From Sedimentisphaerales bacterium (GTDB taxonomy: Bacteria; Planctomycetota; Phycisphaerae; Sedimentisphaerales; SM23-30): DNA of 64,000 nucleotides. A program made the translations under genes and the position numbers. A model generated the notes under the pieces. That model had not been told where the DNA came from. It worked only from the letters and a program-made list of their open reading frames with translations, and did not search any database. Below, in pieces: positions 45,850-55,292 of the stretch; within the stretch, counting starts at the first letter, position 1, and every line of letters begins with the position of its first letter. The stretch lies in assembly GCA_963666285.1 (NCBI GenBank), contig OY762711.1; one strand, written 5' to 3'.

Positions 45850-45896
45850 TTACGACATATTAAATGAATGTTTGCTTACCGCAATAAACTGGAGGA

Positions 45897-45912
45897 TGTT
45901 TCACGTGAAACA
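45897..45912. promoter_or_regulatory. parS site 1
   Basis: Perfect TGTTTCACGTGAAACA, extended to a 24-bp palindrome AGGA...TCCT. Confidence 0.95.
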
Positions 45913-46069
45913 TCCTAAGAAATGTTTATTATTGCCAAAATGGACATAAAATGTTATTATTTAGCTCCGTTTTAGGGAATAAGACTTCTTAAAACAGAGT
46001 TTTCAGCAATATATGCCTAAGGTGTCTATTGTTTGAAAGTCGCTAACCGAATACTGCTTGCTAATAAAG

Positions 46070-46085
46070 TGTTTCACGTGAAACA
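46070..46085. promoter_or_regulatory. parS site 2
   Basis: Perfect TGTTTCACGTGAAACA. Confidence 0.95.
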
Positions 46086-46252
46086 ATCCCGATAAACCAA
46101 ATAAACAACTTCAAGGGTTATTAGCGATATTGTGATGTTTAACTTTAGACCGCAATATCGACACAATCTCTTTTCAAATATGGAGATTGAAGCAAAATAT
46201 TAGCTTAATGCAGTTTTTATAATAAAATAAGAAATATAAAGGAGATTATTTA

Positions 46253-47179
46253 ATGGCCGAACAAAAAAAACGATTAGGCAGGGGCCTAAACTCTCTACTT
46301 TCGCCTACCAGGTATGAAACCGTTGAACCGGCACCTCCTATCCCTCAACCACAGGCTGCCCCCGCACCAAAACCATTTTCTGGCGAATTTGTGGCTAATA
46401 TTCCCCTTGAAAAGATCAAAACTAACCCACATCAGCCGCGTTTTAACTGGAATGACGACAAACTGAAAGAGTTATCAGACTCTATAAAGGCTAATGGTCT
46501 TGTACAACCTATTATTGTCCGCGAAATGGATGATTGCTACCAGTTAATCGCTGGAGAAAGAAGATTGAGAGCCTCGCAACTTGCCGGATTATCGGACATA
46601 AAAGCTATTGTCAAAGAGGCTACCGAAGAACAAATGCTTGAATGGGCTCTTATCGAAAATATCCATCGAGATGATCTATCACCTATGGAAAGAGCCAAGG
46701 CATATAACAAATACATATCGGACTTTTCTCTTACCCAGGCAGAAGCTGCCGAAAGAATCGGCGAAGATCGGTCAAATATTGCTAATTATATGAGATTGCT
46801 GACTTTGCCGTCTGATGTGCAGGATCTTATTAATGCCCAGGAATTAGGCATGGGCCATGCCCGCGCCTTGCTTTCTCTGCCCGAACCTAAATTGCAGTCG
46901 AAAGTGGCTGCTCAAATTATCAAAAAAGGTCTTTCTGTTCGTGCCGTTGAAAAACTGGTCAAAGACCTGAAAAACAATGCCCAGAATCCTGAAGATAGTA
47001 AAGAGTCGAAAATAAAAGAAAAGCATCCTAATATTATTGAACTTGAGAACGAAATGACACAGGCTCTTGGCACAAAAGTATCTATTGAAACCAAGGGCAA
47101 AAAGACTCATCAAGGAAAAATTATCATAGATTTCTATAATTTAGATGATTTTGACCGCCTCAGAGAAATATTGGTATAG
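46253..47179 (+). CDS. parB: chromosome partitioning protein ParB
   Basis: LGRGLNSLL, NPHQPR, IAGERRLRA, ENIHRDDL, MGHARALL. Confidence 0.96.
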   Translation: MAEQKKRLGRGLNSLLSPTRYETVEPAPPIPQPQAAPAPKPFSGEFVANIPLEKIKTNPHQPRFNWNDDKLKELSDSIKANGLVQPIIVREMDDCYQLIAGERRLRASQLAGLSDIKAIVKEATEEQMLEWALIENIHRDDLSPMERAKAYNKYISDFSLTQAEAAERIGEDRSNIANYMRLLTLPSDVQDLINAQELGMGHARALLSLPEPKLQSKVAAQIIKKGLSVRAVEKLVKDLKNNAQNPEDSKESKIKEKHPNIIELENEMTQALGTKVSIETKGKKTHQGKIIIDFYNLDDFDRLREILV

Positions 47180-47272
47180 CGCCTAAGTAATTTTTAATAA
47201 ATATCTTATGAGAAAACAGCAGGGCGTAAAGTTTAGATTTATCGCCCTGCCAACTATTGTGTGTAGTTTATA

Positions 47273-47687
47273 TTGGATTGTCAAAACGATAAAATTGAGA
47301 CAGATATATCTTCTGAACCGCCTGCTGGCGATGAAAATTATTATATCATTTCCGGTCGATATCAGCACAGGCTCCTCATCATTCTTATCTATATTTTGGC
47401 CGCTGTCTTTATCTATCATTTTGTAAATAATAATATGAAGGTAAATGACGGGCTGATAGTTGAGATTAATCATGCTCAAAATCAACCCGAACACTGCCAC
47501 CTGGCAGCAGCTTGCTCAGCTACCCGGCATTGGTCCTCAAAAAGCTAATGATATAGTTTTATATAGAAAGCAGATGGCAAAATCAGAAGCTGTTATTGTT
47601 TTCAAAACTCCTGACGATCTTACAAATATTACAGGCATAGGACCTAAAACCGTAGATGGTATTCGTTCGTTCCTAGTTTTTGAATAA
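47273..47687 (+). pseudogene. comEA: ComEA-like HhH DNA-binding protein, apparently frameshifted
   Basis: TM-bearing N-part (frame of 47273) and KINPNTA...LPGIGP...ITGIGPKT HhH part (frame of 47460) are in different frames; the shift is near 47470-47480. Confidence 0.6.
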
Positions 47688-47954
47688 TATTTCAAAACCA
47701 TATTTATAAATGATTGTAGTTTGCATGTCTTTTGTGGTTTTCTCTTTTAAGGTGATAGCATTGAATATAAATGCCATTGATTAATATATACATAATTGTT
47801 TATACCGTATTAACTTAATTGTTGAAATTAATCAAAACTCCCGCTATTATCGAACTTTGAGTTCTTTTGAAACGGATTTTTCATAAATTGGATATAACCT
47901 TATTCCTATATTAATACAAGTACTTCGTAAGTGCTTTATTGACAGGGGTTCGAT

Positions 47955-49496
47955 ATGCTCGCACGTATAATTAGTTCGGCAATGGTGGGAATTGAAGCGA
48001 TTACCTGCGAAGTTGAGGTGGATATTCCTGATGAGATTGGCGAAAAGGATAAAAACAGATTTGTGGTCGTGGGCCTTCCGGATGCCGCGGTTAAAGAGAG
48101 TATCGAACGCGTTAAGAGTGCTGTTAATAATTGTGGTTATACCTTTCCGATGGGCGAAGGTGTTATAAACCTCGCTCCGGCAGATATTAAAAAGGAAGGT
48201 CCATGCTATGATCTGCCTATCGCGCTGGGGATACTATGCGGCATGAAATATCTGTCATACGAAAAGCTACGCGATACTGTTGTGATAGGCGAGCTGGCTC
48301 TCGATGGCAGGGTCCGACCTGTTCGGGGGATACTTGCTGCCGCTCTTATGGCAGCGAAAATCGGCTGTAAAACAGTTATCGTGCCGGCAGAAAATGCTCG
48401 TGAAGCCGCTGTGGTCCAGGAGGTAGATGTTATTCCGGTTTCATCGCTGAGCGAAGCGGTTGGTTTTTTGAACGATCATCTTCCTTTGGAACCAACTTGC
48501 GTTGATATAGATGAGGTTTTTGCGGTTTGCAGCCAGTATGATATTGATTTTTCAGATGTAAAAGGGCAGGAATCGGTTAAGCGGGCAATTACTATCGCTG
48601 CCGCCGGTCGGCACAACATCTTAATGGTAGGCCCACCCGGAACCGGCAAGACAATGCTGGCAAAACGGATACCAACTATTATGCCTCCGTTGACCGTTGC
48701 TGAGTCGCTAGAGACCACCCGTATCCATTCGTCGGTCGGTCTGTTAGCGCCGCAGCAAGCCTTGCTTGCCCGTCGGCCGGTTCGCCATCCTCACCATTCA
48801 GCGAGCGGGCCGTCACTTGTCGGCGGAGGCGCCGTGCCTCGGCCGGGTGAGCTTTCGCTGGCCCATCATGGTTTGTTATTCCTAGATGAGTTTCCAGAAT
48901 TTTCACGTAACGTTCTGGAAAATATTAGACAACCGCTTGAAGATAAACAAGTTACAATCAGTCGAGCTGCTGGCACGCTAACCTTTCCGGCTAATTTTAT
49001 GCTGGTCGCAGCTATGAATCCGTGCCCTTGTGGGTATGCTACCGACCCCAAGCGGCAGTGTAAATGCAGTCCGCCGCAGGTTGACCGTTACCTGGCGAAG
49101 ATAAGCGGGCCGCTTGTTGACAGGATCGATATACATATCGATGTTCCTGCGGTACCGTTCAATGCACTGCAAAGTGACAGGACGGGTACCGGTTCGTCGC
49201 ATATGCGTGAGCAGGTAATGAACGCTTGTGATGCACAACGTCGCCGTTTCGGTGATGTGCCGAACGCATATAACTCGGGTATGACCAGCAGGCAGATCCG
49301 TCAATTTTGCCGACTTGACGAATCCGGTCAGGCCGTAATTAAGAACGCTGTTTATGAGATGGGTTTGTCGGCCAGGGCCCATGATAATATCTTGAAGATA
49401 TCGCGTACGATTGCAGACATGGAAAATTCCGATGCGATTTGTGCCGAACATTTGCAGGAGGCGATCCAATACAGGAGATTAGATCGTCAGTATTAA
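47955..49496 (+). CDS. comM: YifB/ComM Mg-chelatase-like AAA+ ATPase
   Basis: VGLPDAAVKES, GPPGTGKT, LAHHGLLFLDE, AAMNPCPCG, RIDIH, LSARAHD. Confidence 0.95.
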   Translation: MLARIISSAMVGIEAITCEVEVDIPDEIGEKDKNRFVVVGLPDAAVKESIERVKSAVNNCGYTFPMGEGVINLAPADIKKEGPCYDLPIALGILCGMKYLSYEKLRDTVVIGELALDGRVRPVRGILAAALMAAKIGCKTVIVPAENAREAAVVQEVDVIPVSSLSEAVGFLNDHLPLEPTCVDIDEVFAVCSQYDIDFSDVKGQESVKRAITIAAAGRHNILMVGPPGTGKTMLAKRIPTIMPPLTVAESLETTRIHSSVGLLAPQQALLARRPVRHPHHSASGPSLVGGGAVPRPGELSLAHHGLLFLDEFPEFSRNVLENIRQPLEDKQVTISRAAGTLTFPANFMLVAAMNPCPCGYATDPKRQCKCSPPQVDRYLAKISGPLVDRIDIHIDVPAVPFNALQSDRTGTGSSHMREQVMNACDAQRRRFGDVPNAYNSGMTSRQIRQFCRLDESGQAVIKNAVYEMGLSARAHDNILKISRTIADMENSDAICAEHLQEAIQYRRLDRQY

Positions 49497-50293
49497 AGTG
49501 TTCTGAATTAGAGTGTTCTAATAAATGAGTTATTGGCGTTCAACAGTTGTTTCGATATTCAATTTTTAAAGATCATATTTATTTTTGAGACGAAGTTTTC
49601 GTCGTTGTTAAGTTTTGTAGAAAGCTGATTTTTGTTGGTTCTTATTTTTTGTTAGCTCTCTACAATAGGATGGTATGTCGAAAGTGCGCTGATTTTTTGG
49701 GCGGGATGGTTGGCCCGAAAAATTGTAAGGTGTTGGGAGTAAGCGGGATAAAATTTTTGGGAATTATAGATTTTCATGATTTGGTGGTTGTAAAAACGCG
49801 GTGATTTTTTCGAGAAAATCAGGGGCCAGGGATCTGGTTTCAGATGTCAGGGAAGGTTGCTCGCTACCGCTCGCGGCTGATTGATGGGTGGCGGGAGGTG
49901 TGCGGAAAGGTAGCGGGGCAGCGCGGCGGGTGAACGGCGGCGAAAAGAGAAACGGATTTGAGCGGAGGCGTATTGCGGGCTGCGGACAGTATACGGCGGA
50001 ACGTTGAACAGGTACGGAAGCCCAAACACGGTCATGGCGTGGGAACGCGAATGTAGGTAATAAGTAAGAGGTAAGAGGTAAAAGTTGAGGTGTCTTGATG
50101 TACGTTGACATCAGGAATAATTCGCTGACGCAAGCTATTTTAAATCGCCTTCGGCGAAGAAAGAGCTAAACCACGAATAAGCTATGGTAACCGGAGCCTC
50201 CCGGTTAATTCAGGATCGAGTATAATATAATACGACGTCCTATTTTAAACGTGCTCGAAGCACAAACAATAAACCTTATTGGAGGCCCCAGTT

Positions 50294-51337
50294 ATGATTA
50301 AGTATATCGGATTAGATATGGATAGCAAGAAAACAGTTTCAATGGTATATGAAAATGGTACAGAGAAGTACGCGACATTACCTCCTGACATTGGCAGTTT
50401 GCAAGATTTTTTGATAAAGCATAAGTCTAAGAAGAATAAGGTATTTGTGGCGTTTGAGGTTAGCGGTTTGGCCGGTTGGATATATGATCAGATAGTTGAC
50501 CTGGTGGATGAAGTGAAGGTAGTGAATCCCACCAAAGCTACCTGGATATATCGTACCAATAAGAAAAACGATCGAATAGATGCGCGTAAGATGGCGATTT
50601 TGTACAGTATTGATGAATTGCCAAGTGTTTATATGCCAGATAAGGCGGTAAGGCAATGGCGTCAGATGATATTGCATCGCCAGAAGACGGTACGTAAAGT
50701 TGGCCAGACCAAGAATCAGATAAGAGCGTTGATAAAGAGCAATGGCTATTTAGTGCCAGAGCATAAAGGCACCTGGTGGAGCAAGAAGAATCGAGTCTGG
50801 ATGGAGAGCTTAACAAAGTCAAAAGAAGATGTACTGTGGAGTCTTCAGTTGGAAGATTTACTTGAACAGTTAAAATTACTGGAGAATCAAAGAGATAAGA
50901 TAACAGCCAGACTGGATGAGAAGATAAAAGATAATCCGGGTGCGGAATTATTGATGAGTATTCCCGGGGTTGGTCCAAGGACAGCTGAGGCCATGCTTGC
51001 TTATACAGATGATATAGACAGGTTTAGTAACTATAAGCAATACAGTGCCTACTTTGGCTTAACGCCAAAGCTGGATGAGAGCGGTTCGACTCGCAGATTG
51101 GGACATATCAGCAAGCATGGTCCGCAGGTAGTGCGATGGGCATTATGTGAGTCAAGCTGGCGTGTTGTGAGGTTTTGCCCGGCGATAAGGCAGTTTTATG
51201 AGCGGGTAATGGCTGGTCAGGACGGCAGGAAAAAGATAGCGATAGTTGCGGTAGCACGTAAGTTGACATCGATAATGAGAGCGATGTTGAAGACAGGCGA
51301 GATGTTTAACGCAGAAATGATAAATCAGGCTGCATAG
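50294..51337 (+). CDS. IS110 DEDD recombinase/transposase
   Basis: GLDMD, AFE, KNDRIDA (DEDD), SIPGVG, GLTPKLDESG (catalytic Ser), AVARKL; GGAGG RBS before ATG at 50294. Confidence 0.95.
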   Translation: MIKYIGLDMDSKKTVSMVYENGTEKYATLPPDIGSLQDFLIKHKSKKNKVFVAFEVSGLAGWIYDQIVDLVDEVKVVNPTKATWIYRTNKKNDRIDARKMAILYSIDELPSVYMPDKAVRQWRQMILHRQKTVRKVGQTKNQIRALIKSNGYLVPEHKGTWWSKKNRVWMESLTKSKEDVLWSLQLEDLLEQLKLLENQRDKITARLDEKIKDNPGAELLMSIPGVGPRTAEAMLAYTDDIDRFSNYKQYSAYFGLTPKLDESGSTRRLGHISKHGPQVVRWALCESSWRVVRFCPAIRQFYERVMAGQDGRKKIAIVAVARKLTSIMRAMLKTGEMFNAEMINQAA

Positions 51338-51353
51338 AAGACAATATAATAAA

Positions 51354-51530
51354 GGCTGAGCGACTATGCCGTAAGATCCCGGTGAATGTCAATTGAAGTT
51401 TAAGTTTACTTAAAACCTCGTCACGAAGAATGGGAGTTACGGTCTGTATAAAGTTTAATGTGCCGCCGAATAAGGTGAGTACGAATAGGAGGTTAGGTCG
51501 TTGAATGCCTGCCAAAAGCAGCTCAGTTAA
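51354..51530 (+). ncRNA. candidate bridge/seek RNA of the IS1111-type element
   Basis: Two stem-internal-loop-hairpin modules whose loops carry CACGAA (matches target flank) and ATAGGA (matches donor end). Confidence 0.65.
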
Positions 51531-52586
51531 TAAAATATGAGGCCTCTGCCTCAGCTCAAAAGCTAACAGGGTTAGCCCCTGTAACTTCTTACGCCATCGG
51601 CATCAGCCCATGTTTGGGTGAGAGCTGACGCCGAGGCGACGAAGCTACAGGGGCAAAAACCCAGGAAATTTGATAAAAATGTAAAAAAGAAGAAAAACAA
51701 CTTGAAATGCTCCGGTTCATAGGATGGACACGAATTCACACCAATAATATATAAGGTGACTCGCTACCGCTCGTGTTATTTTCATGCTCAGCCGAGGACG
51801 GCTAAGCTACTATGTCCTTAACGATGCTGGTTTGGTTGGAGATTGGAAGGATATTATGCAGAGTGGTTTTGATAGGATTTATCTCTCGCAAAGGGCGCAA
51901 AGATCGCAAAGTGTTATTGTGGAATATAACACTGACGGTCACGGACAGGCACAGACAAACACGGCAGGCAGGAAACAGCGAAATAGCGACCAGCTATCAG
52001 CTATCAGCTACCAGCAAAAAGCATATTAACTTCGTGCTTCGCACTCTGGCACATCATTGGACAAGTCCAATGATGTGGAGGTGTCGCTACGCGACCTGTT
52101 TTAAATAATGTGTCGAGCTCCGCCTGAGGCGGATTTTATTCTGCTCGGCGTTGGCAGGGGTGAAGGATGGGTTAAAAAATGGAATTGAATTGAAGGGTGC
52201 GGTGATATAAGAACAGGTGCATGGAGAGTTGCGGAGGTAGTGCGGCGGGCGGGGGATTTTTCGTGAATTGATGTAAGTTGTTATTTTTGGTTTGTGGGCA
52301 GACCAGACAGGTGCCGTGAAACGGCATCAAAGTGTAAAGGGTAAAATAAAAAGTGTAAAGGATGTGTCCTGATGTACGTTGACATCAGGAATAATTCGCT
52401 ATTGCTCACAACTTGTTTTAAAGCTGACGCATAGGTAAAGTTCAATCAAAATTGCGGCACCTGAAGGATGAAAAGAGTTAGAAGCGAGGAGAGAGTAGGG
52501 AGGGGAGAAATTAAAAATTAAAAATTCAGAATTAAGAGAGCGCCAAGCTAAGCTGGTGCAGTCAAGCCGGTCAATCCGGTAAGGGT

Positions 52587-52796
52587 AGTCGCCAGACCAG
52601 GAAATACTGCAAGCTGAATGAGCAGGGCAAAGCCATGATAAAACAAGCAGTCTATGAACTAGGCATAAGTGCCCGGGCACATGATAAGATTCTGAAAATA
52701 TCACGGACGATCGCCGACCTTGAAGATTCTGATAATATCCAGGCTCATCACATTGCGGAAGCTATTCAATATAGACGGCTGGATAGGGAGTTTTAG
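52587..52796 (+). pseudogene. diverged copy of the comM C-terminus
   Basis: SRQTRKYC...GISARAHDKILKISRTIADL...EAIQYRRLDREF*; 48/69 aa identical to the ComM tail by hand alignment. Confidence 0.9.
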
Positions 52797-53012
52797 CAAA
52801 TTTATAACTTTACAAATAGTATTGCTTTAGGTTAAATTGTATCTGATACCGGAAACAGAAATAAAGCATTAGAAATGTATGCCTGTGCAAATAAAATAAT
52901 GCCGACATTGAATAGGGTGATATGTCTATTTACAGTTTCGCGTGATGAGATTAAGAAGTTCAAACCTGATTTACGATAATCATATTTGAAAATATAGAAA
53001 GGGATTAAGATT

Positions 53013-53873
53013 ATGAAACGTACTCTAACAATTTTATTATCGACCGGTCTAGTATTATTTGCCTTTGCGGAAAAAGCTAATGCTGTATATAACTCTGAAA
53101 CAGGTCGCTTTATGCAGCAAGACCCGTTGGGGACAGTGCCAGAGGGATATGGAAATAAATTTAATTTTGTTGAGCAGAATACAGATGGGGTAAATAGTTA
53201 TGTATATGTTAGAAATAATCCAACAGTATATGTCGATAGTACTGGGCTAGTTTGTGGAGTTACGATATATCGACAAAAATTTGACGGAAAGTATATCGCT
53301 AAAGGGGGAGTTGCAGGAGATATTGATAATGATGGTACAAGTGATGGGGATCCGACTAAAGGACGTGAATGGATAGAGTGGAATGGCGGCTCTTTTGGGT
53401 GGTATCCTGTGGAAGACGGGGATGCAAGGGGTTTATATAGTGGCCAAGAAGGGTATTTACAAAACCCTGATGAAAAAGAAGGTAAGATATGGACAATACT
53501 CCAGCCAACAGCTTGGGATCACTCGCCAAACAAAAGTATTGGTCATGGCCCAAAGGCTGGAATCTCGTGTGAATGCATTGATAAATGTGAAGATATTAAT
53601 GAATGTATAAGTTCGTTATTGAACAAGAATATTCATGGTACTTGGGGAGGTGGAGGCCTTAATGCTGTTTTAATGGCAGAGGGTGGTATATGTGGGCAGC
53701 CCGGACCAGCATATGAAAATTCAGAAACTGAATTCAAGATAAATCGTGGACATTGCAGAGATTTTGTTAATTATGTACTTGAGACATGCTGCTTGAAAAA
53801 AACTAGTTTTTGGAAGGAGTATGTAAATGGAAAACCCGAGTGGCAAAATGTTGGATATCCAAGACAAAAATAA
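53013..53873 (+). CDS. secreted mini-RHS protein: signal peptide + RHS-associated core motif + Cys-rich C-terminal toxin-like domain
   Basis: MKRTL...ANA signal, then YNSETGRFMQQDPLG...DGVNSYVYVRNNPTVYVDSTGL. Confidence 0.8.
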   Translation: MKRTLTILLSTGLVLFAFAEKANAVYNSETGRFMQQDPLGTVPEGYGNKFNFVEQNTDGVNSYVYVRNNPTVYVDSTGLVCGVTIYRQKFDGKYIAKGGVAGDIDNDGTSDGDPTKGREWIEWNGGSFGWYPVEDGDARGLYSGQEGYLQNPDEKEGKIWTILQPTAWDHSPNKSIGHGPKAGISCECIDKCEDINECISSLLNKNIHGTWGGGGLNAVLMAEGGICGQPGPAYENSETEFKINRGHCRDFVNYVLETCCLKKTSFWKEYVNGKPEWQNVGYPRQK

Positions 53874-53948
53874 GAATGACGTTCCTGTTAATATAGTGAT
53901 TAACGGTCTTCCAATTACATCACCACAATATTAATTAGTAAGTTGCAA

Positions 53949-54431
53949 ATGCGTTTTAAGGTATATTCTATAATATTTATTGTTTTTTTAGTTGGCGTTG
54001 CGATATTTTTCCATAGAGAAGATCCGCATCATTTAGACCAAAGGTTTGCTTGTAAGATAAATGTCGATGACATTAAAAATGTTATTATTTATGATACAGA
54101 GGCTATTAGTTCTTTAAGTAAAGCAACGAATTATAGATATAGCCAGAGTTTGTTTAAAGAATGGGTGGGAAACCTTTATCTTAATAATGAGGGATTCCTA
54201 AATAAACCGTTTTGGATGGGCGGCAGTATTCTGGAATTAAATTTTTCTGATGGTACCCAAAGATATTTTTTGAAAAGCTGCTATGGGGCATGGATAATTG
54301 ATTTGGAAAGTCGAGAGATATTTACAACAAAATTTGAAACGGAAGAACAGAAGAAGATATTTTTTGATAATTATCTAAAAGAAGAGCAAGATATTAACAA
54401 ATATTTTATCAGTAAAAGAAAAAGGGAATAG
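53949..54431 (+). CDS. membrane-anchored protein, candidate cognate immunity protein
   Basis: N-terminal hydrophobic anchor; AT-rich; directly follows the RHS-like gene. Confidence 0.55.
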   Translation: MRFKVYSIIFIVFLVGVAIFFHREDPHHLDQRFACKINVDDIKNVIIYDTEAISSLSKATNYRYSQSLFKEWVGNLYLNNEGFLNKPFWMGGSILELNFSDGTQRYFLKSCYGAWIIDLESREIFTTKFETEEQKKIFFDNYLKEEQDINKYFISKRKRE

Positions 54432-54459
54432 TTCTTCTTATAAATGAGCAATGTTACCA

Positions 54460-54492
54460 ATTCTCAAAATATCACGGACGATCGCCGACCTT
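54460..54492 (+). repeat. second comM-tail fragment
   Basis: 32/33 nt identical to 52689-52721 (encodes ILKISRTIADL). Confidence 0.85.
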
Positions 54493-54567
54493 TAATGATA
54501 ATTATTCAGCGCATTGTAAAGGTGGAAAGTTATAAGCTAATTTAATAGAAGTTAAAAAAGGTTCAAA

Positions 54568-55230
54568 ATGAAATATTTATGTTCAATAATGATATGTCTT
54601 TTTGTATCTAGTTGTTGTGATTCACCAGAAAGTCGATGTAAAAATTTGATTAAGGAGGTCGTATATGCTGTCACGGCTGATGGAAGAACAATTGAAGAAC
54701 CCTTTATAGTAGTATTTGGAAATCCTGGTCATTCTATTGAGGCTAATGTTTTATATTTACTTCGACATGATGGTTCGTTTATCTGGTCTAATGATCAAAG
54801 TGGAGGGGGGGAACCGTATTACCAAAGTCATATACCAAAGGCAAAATTTGCTGAATTAAAAAAAGAGCTAAAATTTCCTGAAAATGTAAATTGGCAATTT
54901 AAATTTATCCCGACTTATTTTATGCCCCCAGACTATGGTTTTGGAATTATGAATATAGTGGATGACTCAGTTATTTTCAGTGTTTTACTTACATATAAAT
55001 CGCATTATATGGGTAATGATGTCTTTTGGTGGTTTGATGATAAAGAAAGCCTCTTAAAGTTTGCAAAAAATAGTGAAACACAATTACTGGAAGAACGAGC
55101 AAAAGTTGCTACTGATCTTTTTACTTACATTAGTGAAATTGTTGGGAAATATAAACCTGAAACTGGTATAGAAGTTAATTTATCTTTTGAATTGCGACCT
55201 GTTGAATATGAAGTTCAAGATTGTAAATAA
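54568..55230 (+). CDS. lipoprotein, candidate orphan immunity protein
   Basis: MKYLCSIMICLFVSSCC lipobox; AT-rich; no recognised family. Confidence 0.55.
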   Translation: MKYLCSIMICLFVSSCCDSPESRCKNLIKEVVYAVTADGRTIEEPFIVVFGNPGHSIEANVLYLLRHDGSFIWSNDQSGGGEPYYQSHIPKAKFAELKKELKFPENVNWQFKFIPTYFMPPDYGFGIMNIVDDSVIFSVLLTYKSHYMGNDVFWWFDDKESLLKFAKNSETQLLEERAKVATDLFTYISEIVGKYKPETGIEVNLSFELRPVEYEVQDCK

Positions 55231-55292
55231 CCTTATATTTGTGAAAAGGCGAATTTATAACATTGTGATGGTGAATTTTGCTAATATTGCTA

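Larger units (their letters stand above)
50179..51725 (+). mobile_element. IS110-family element, IS1111 type (about 1.55 kb)
   Basis: Sub-terminal IRs CTATGGTAACCGGAGC (50182-50197) and GCTCCGGTTCATAG (51709-51722); AT core at 50177-78 and 51724-25; empty sites at 55776 and 56619; long 3' non-coding end. Confidence 0.92.
49850..52560. repeat. REP-like palindrome/short-tandem mosaic 1 (interrupted by IS110)
   Basis: Hairpins TGATGTACGTTGACATCA (about 50096 and 52370), TCGCCTTCGGCGA, CTCGCTACCGCTCG, GTAG-type REP 51783-51810; blocks shared with 55675-57356. Confidence 0.8.

Noticed and set aside
44991..45949. Short ORFs in the oriC gap as dnaA or parA remnants
   Set aside because: No Walker A or DnaA motifs visible; likely chance ORFs in AT-rich DNA.
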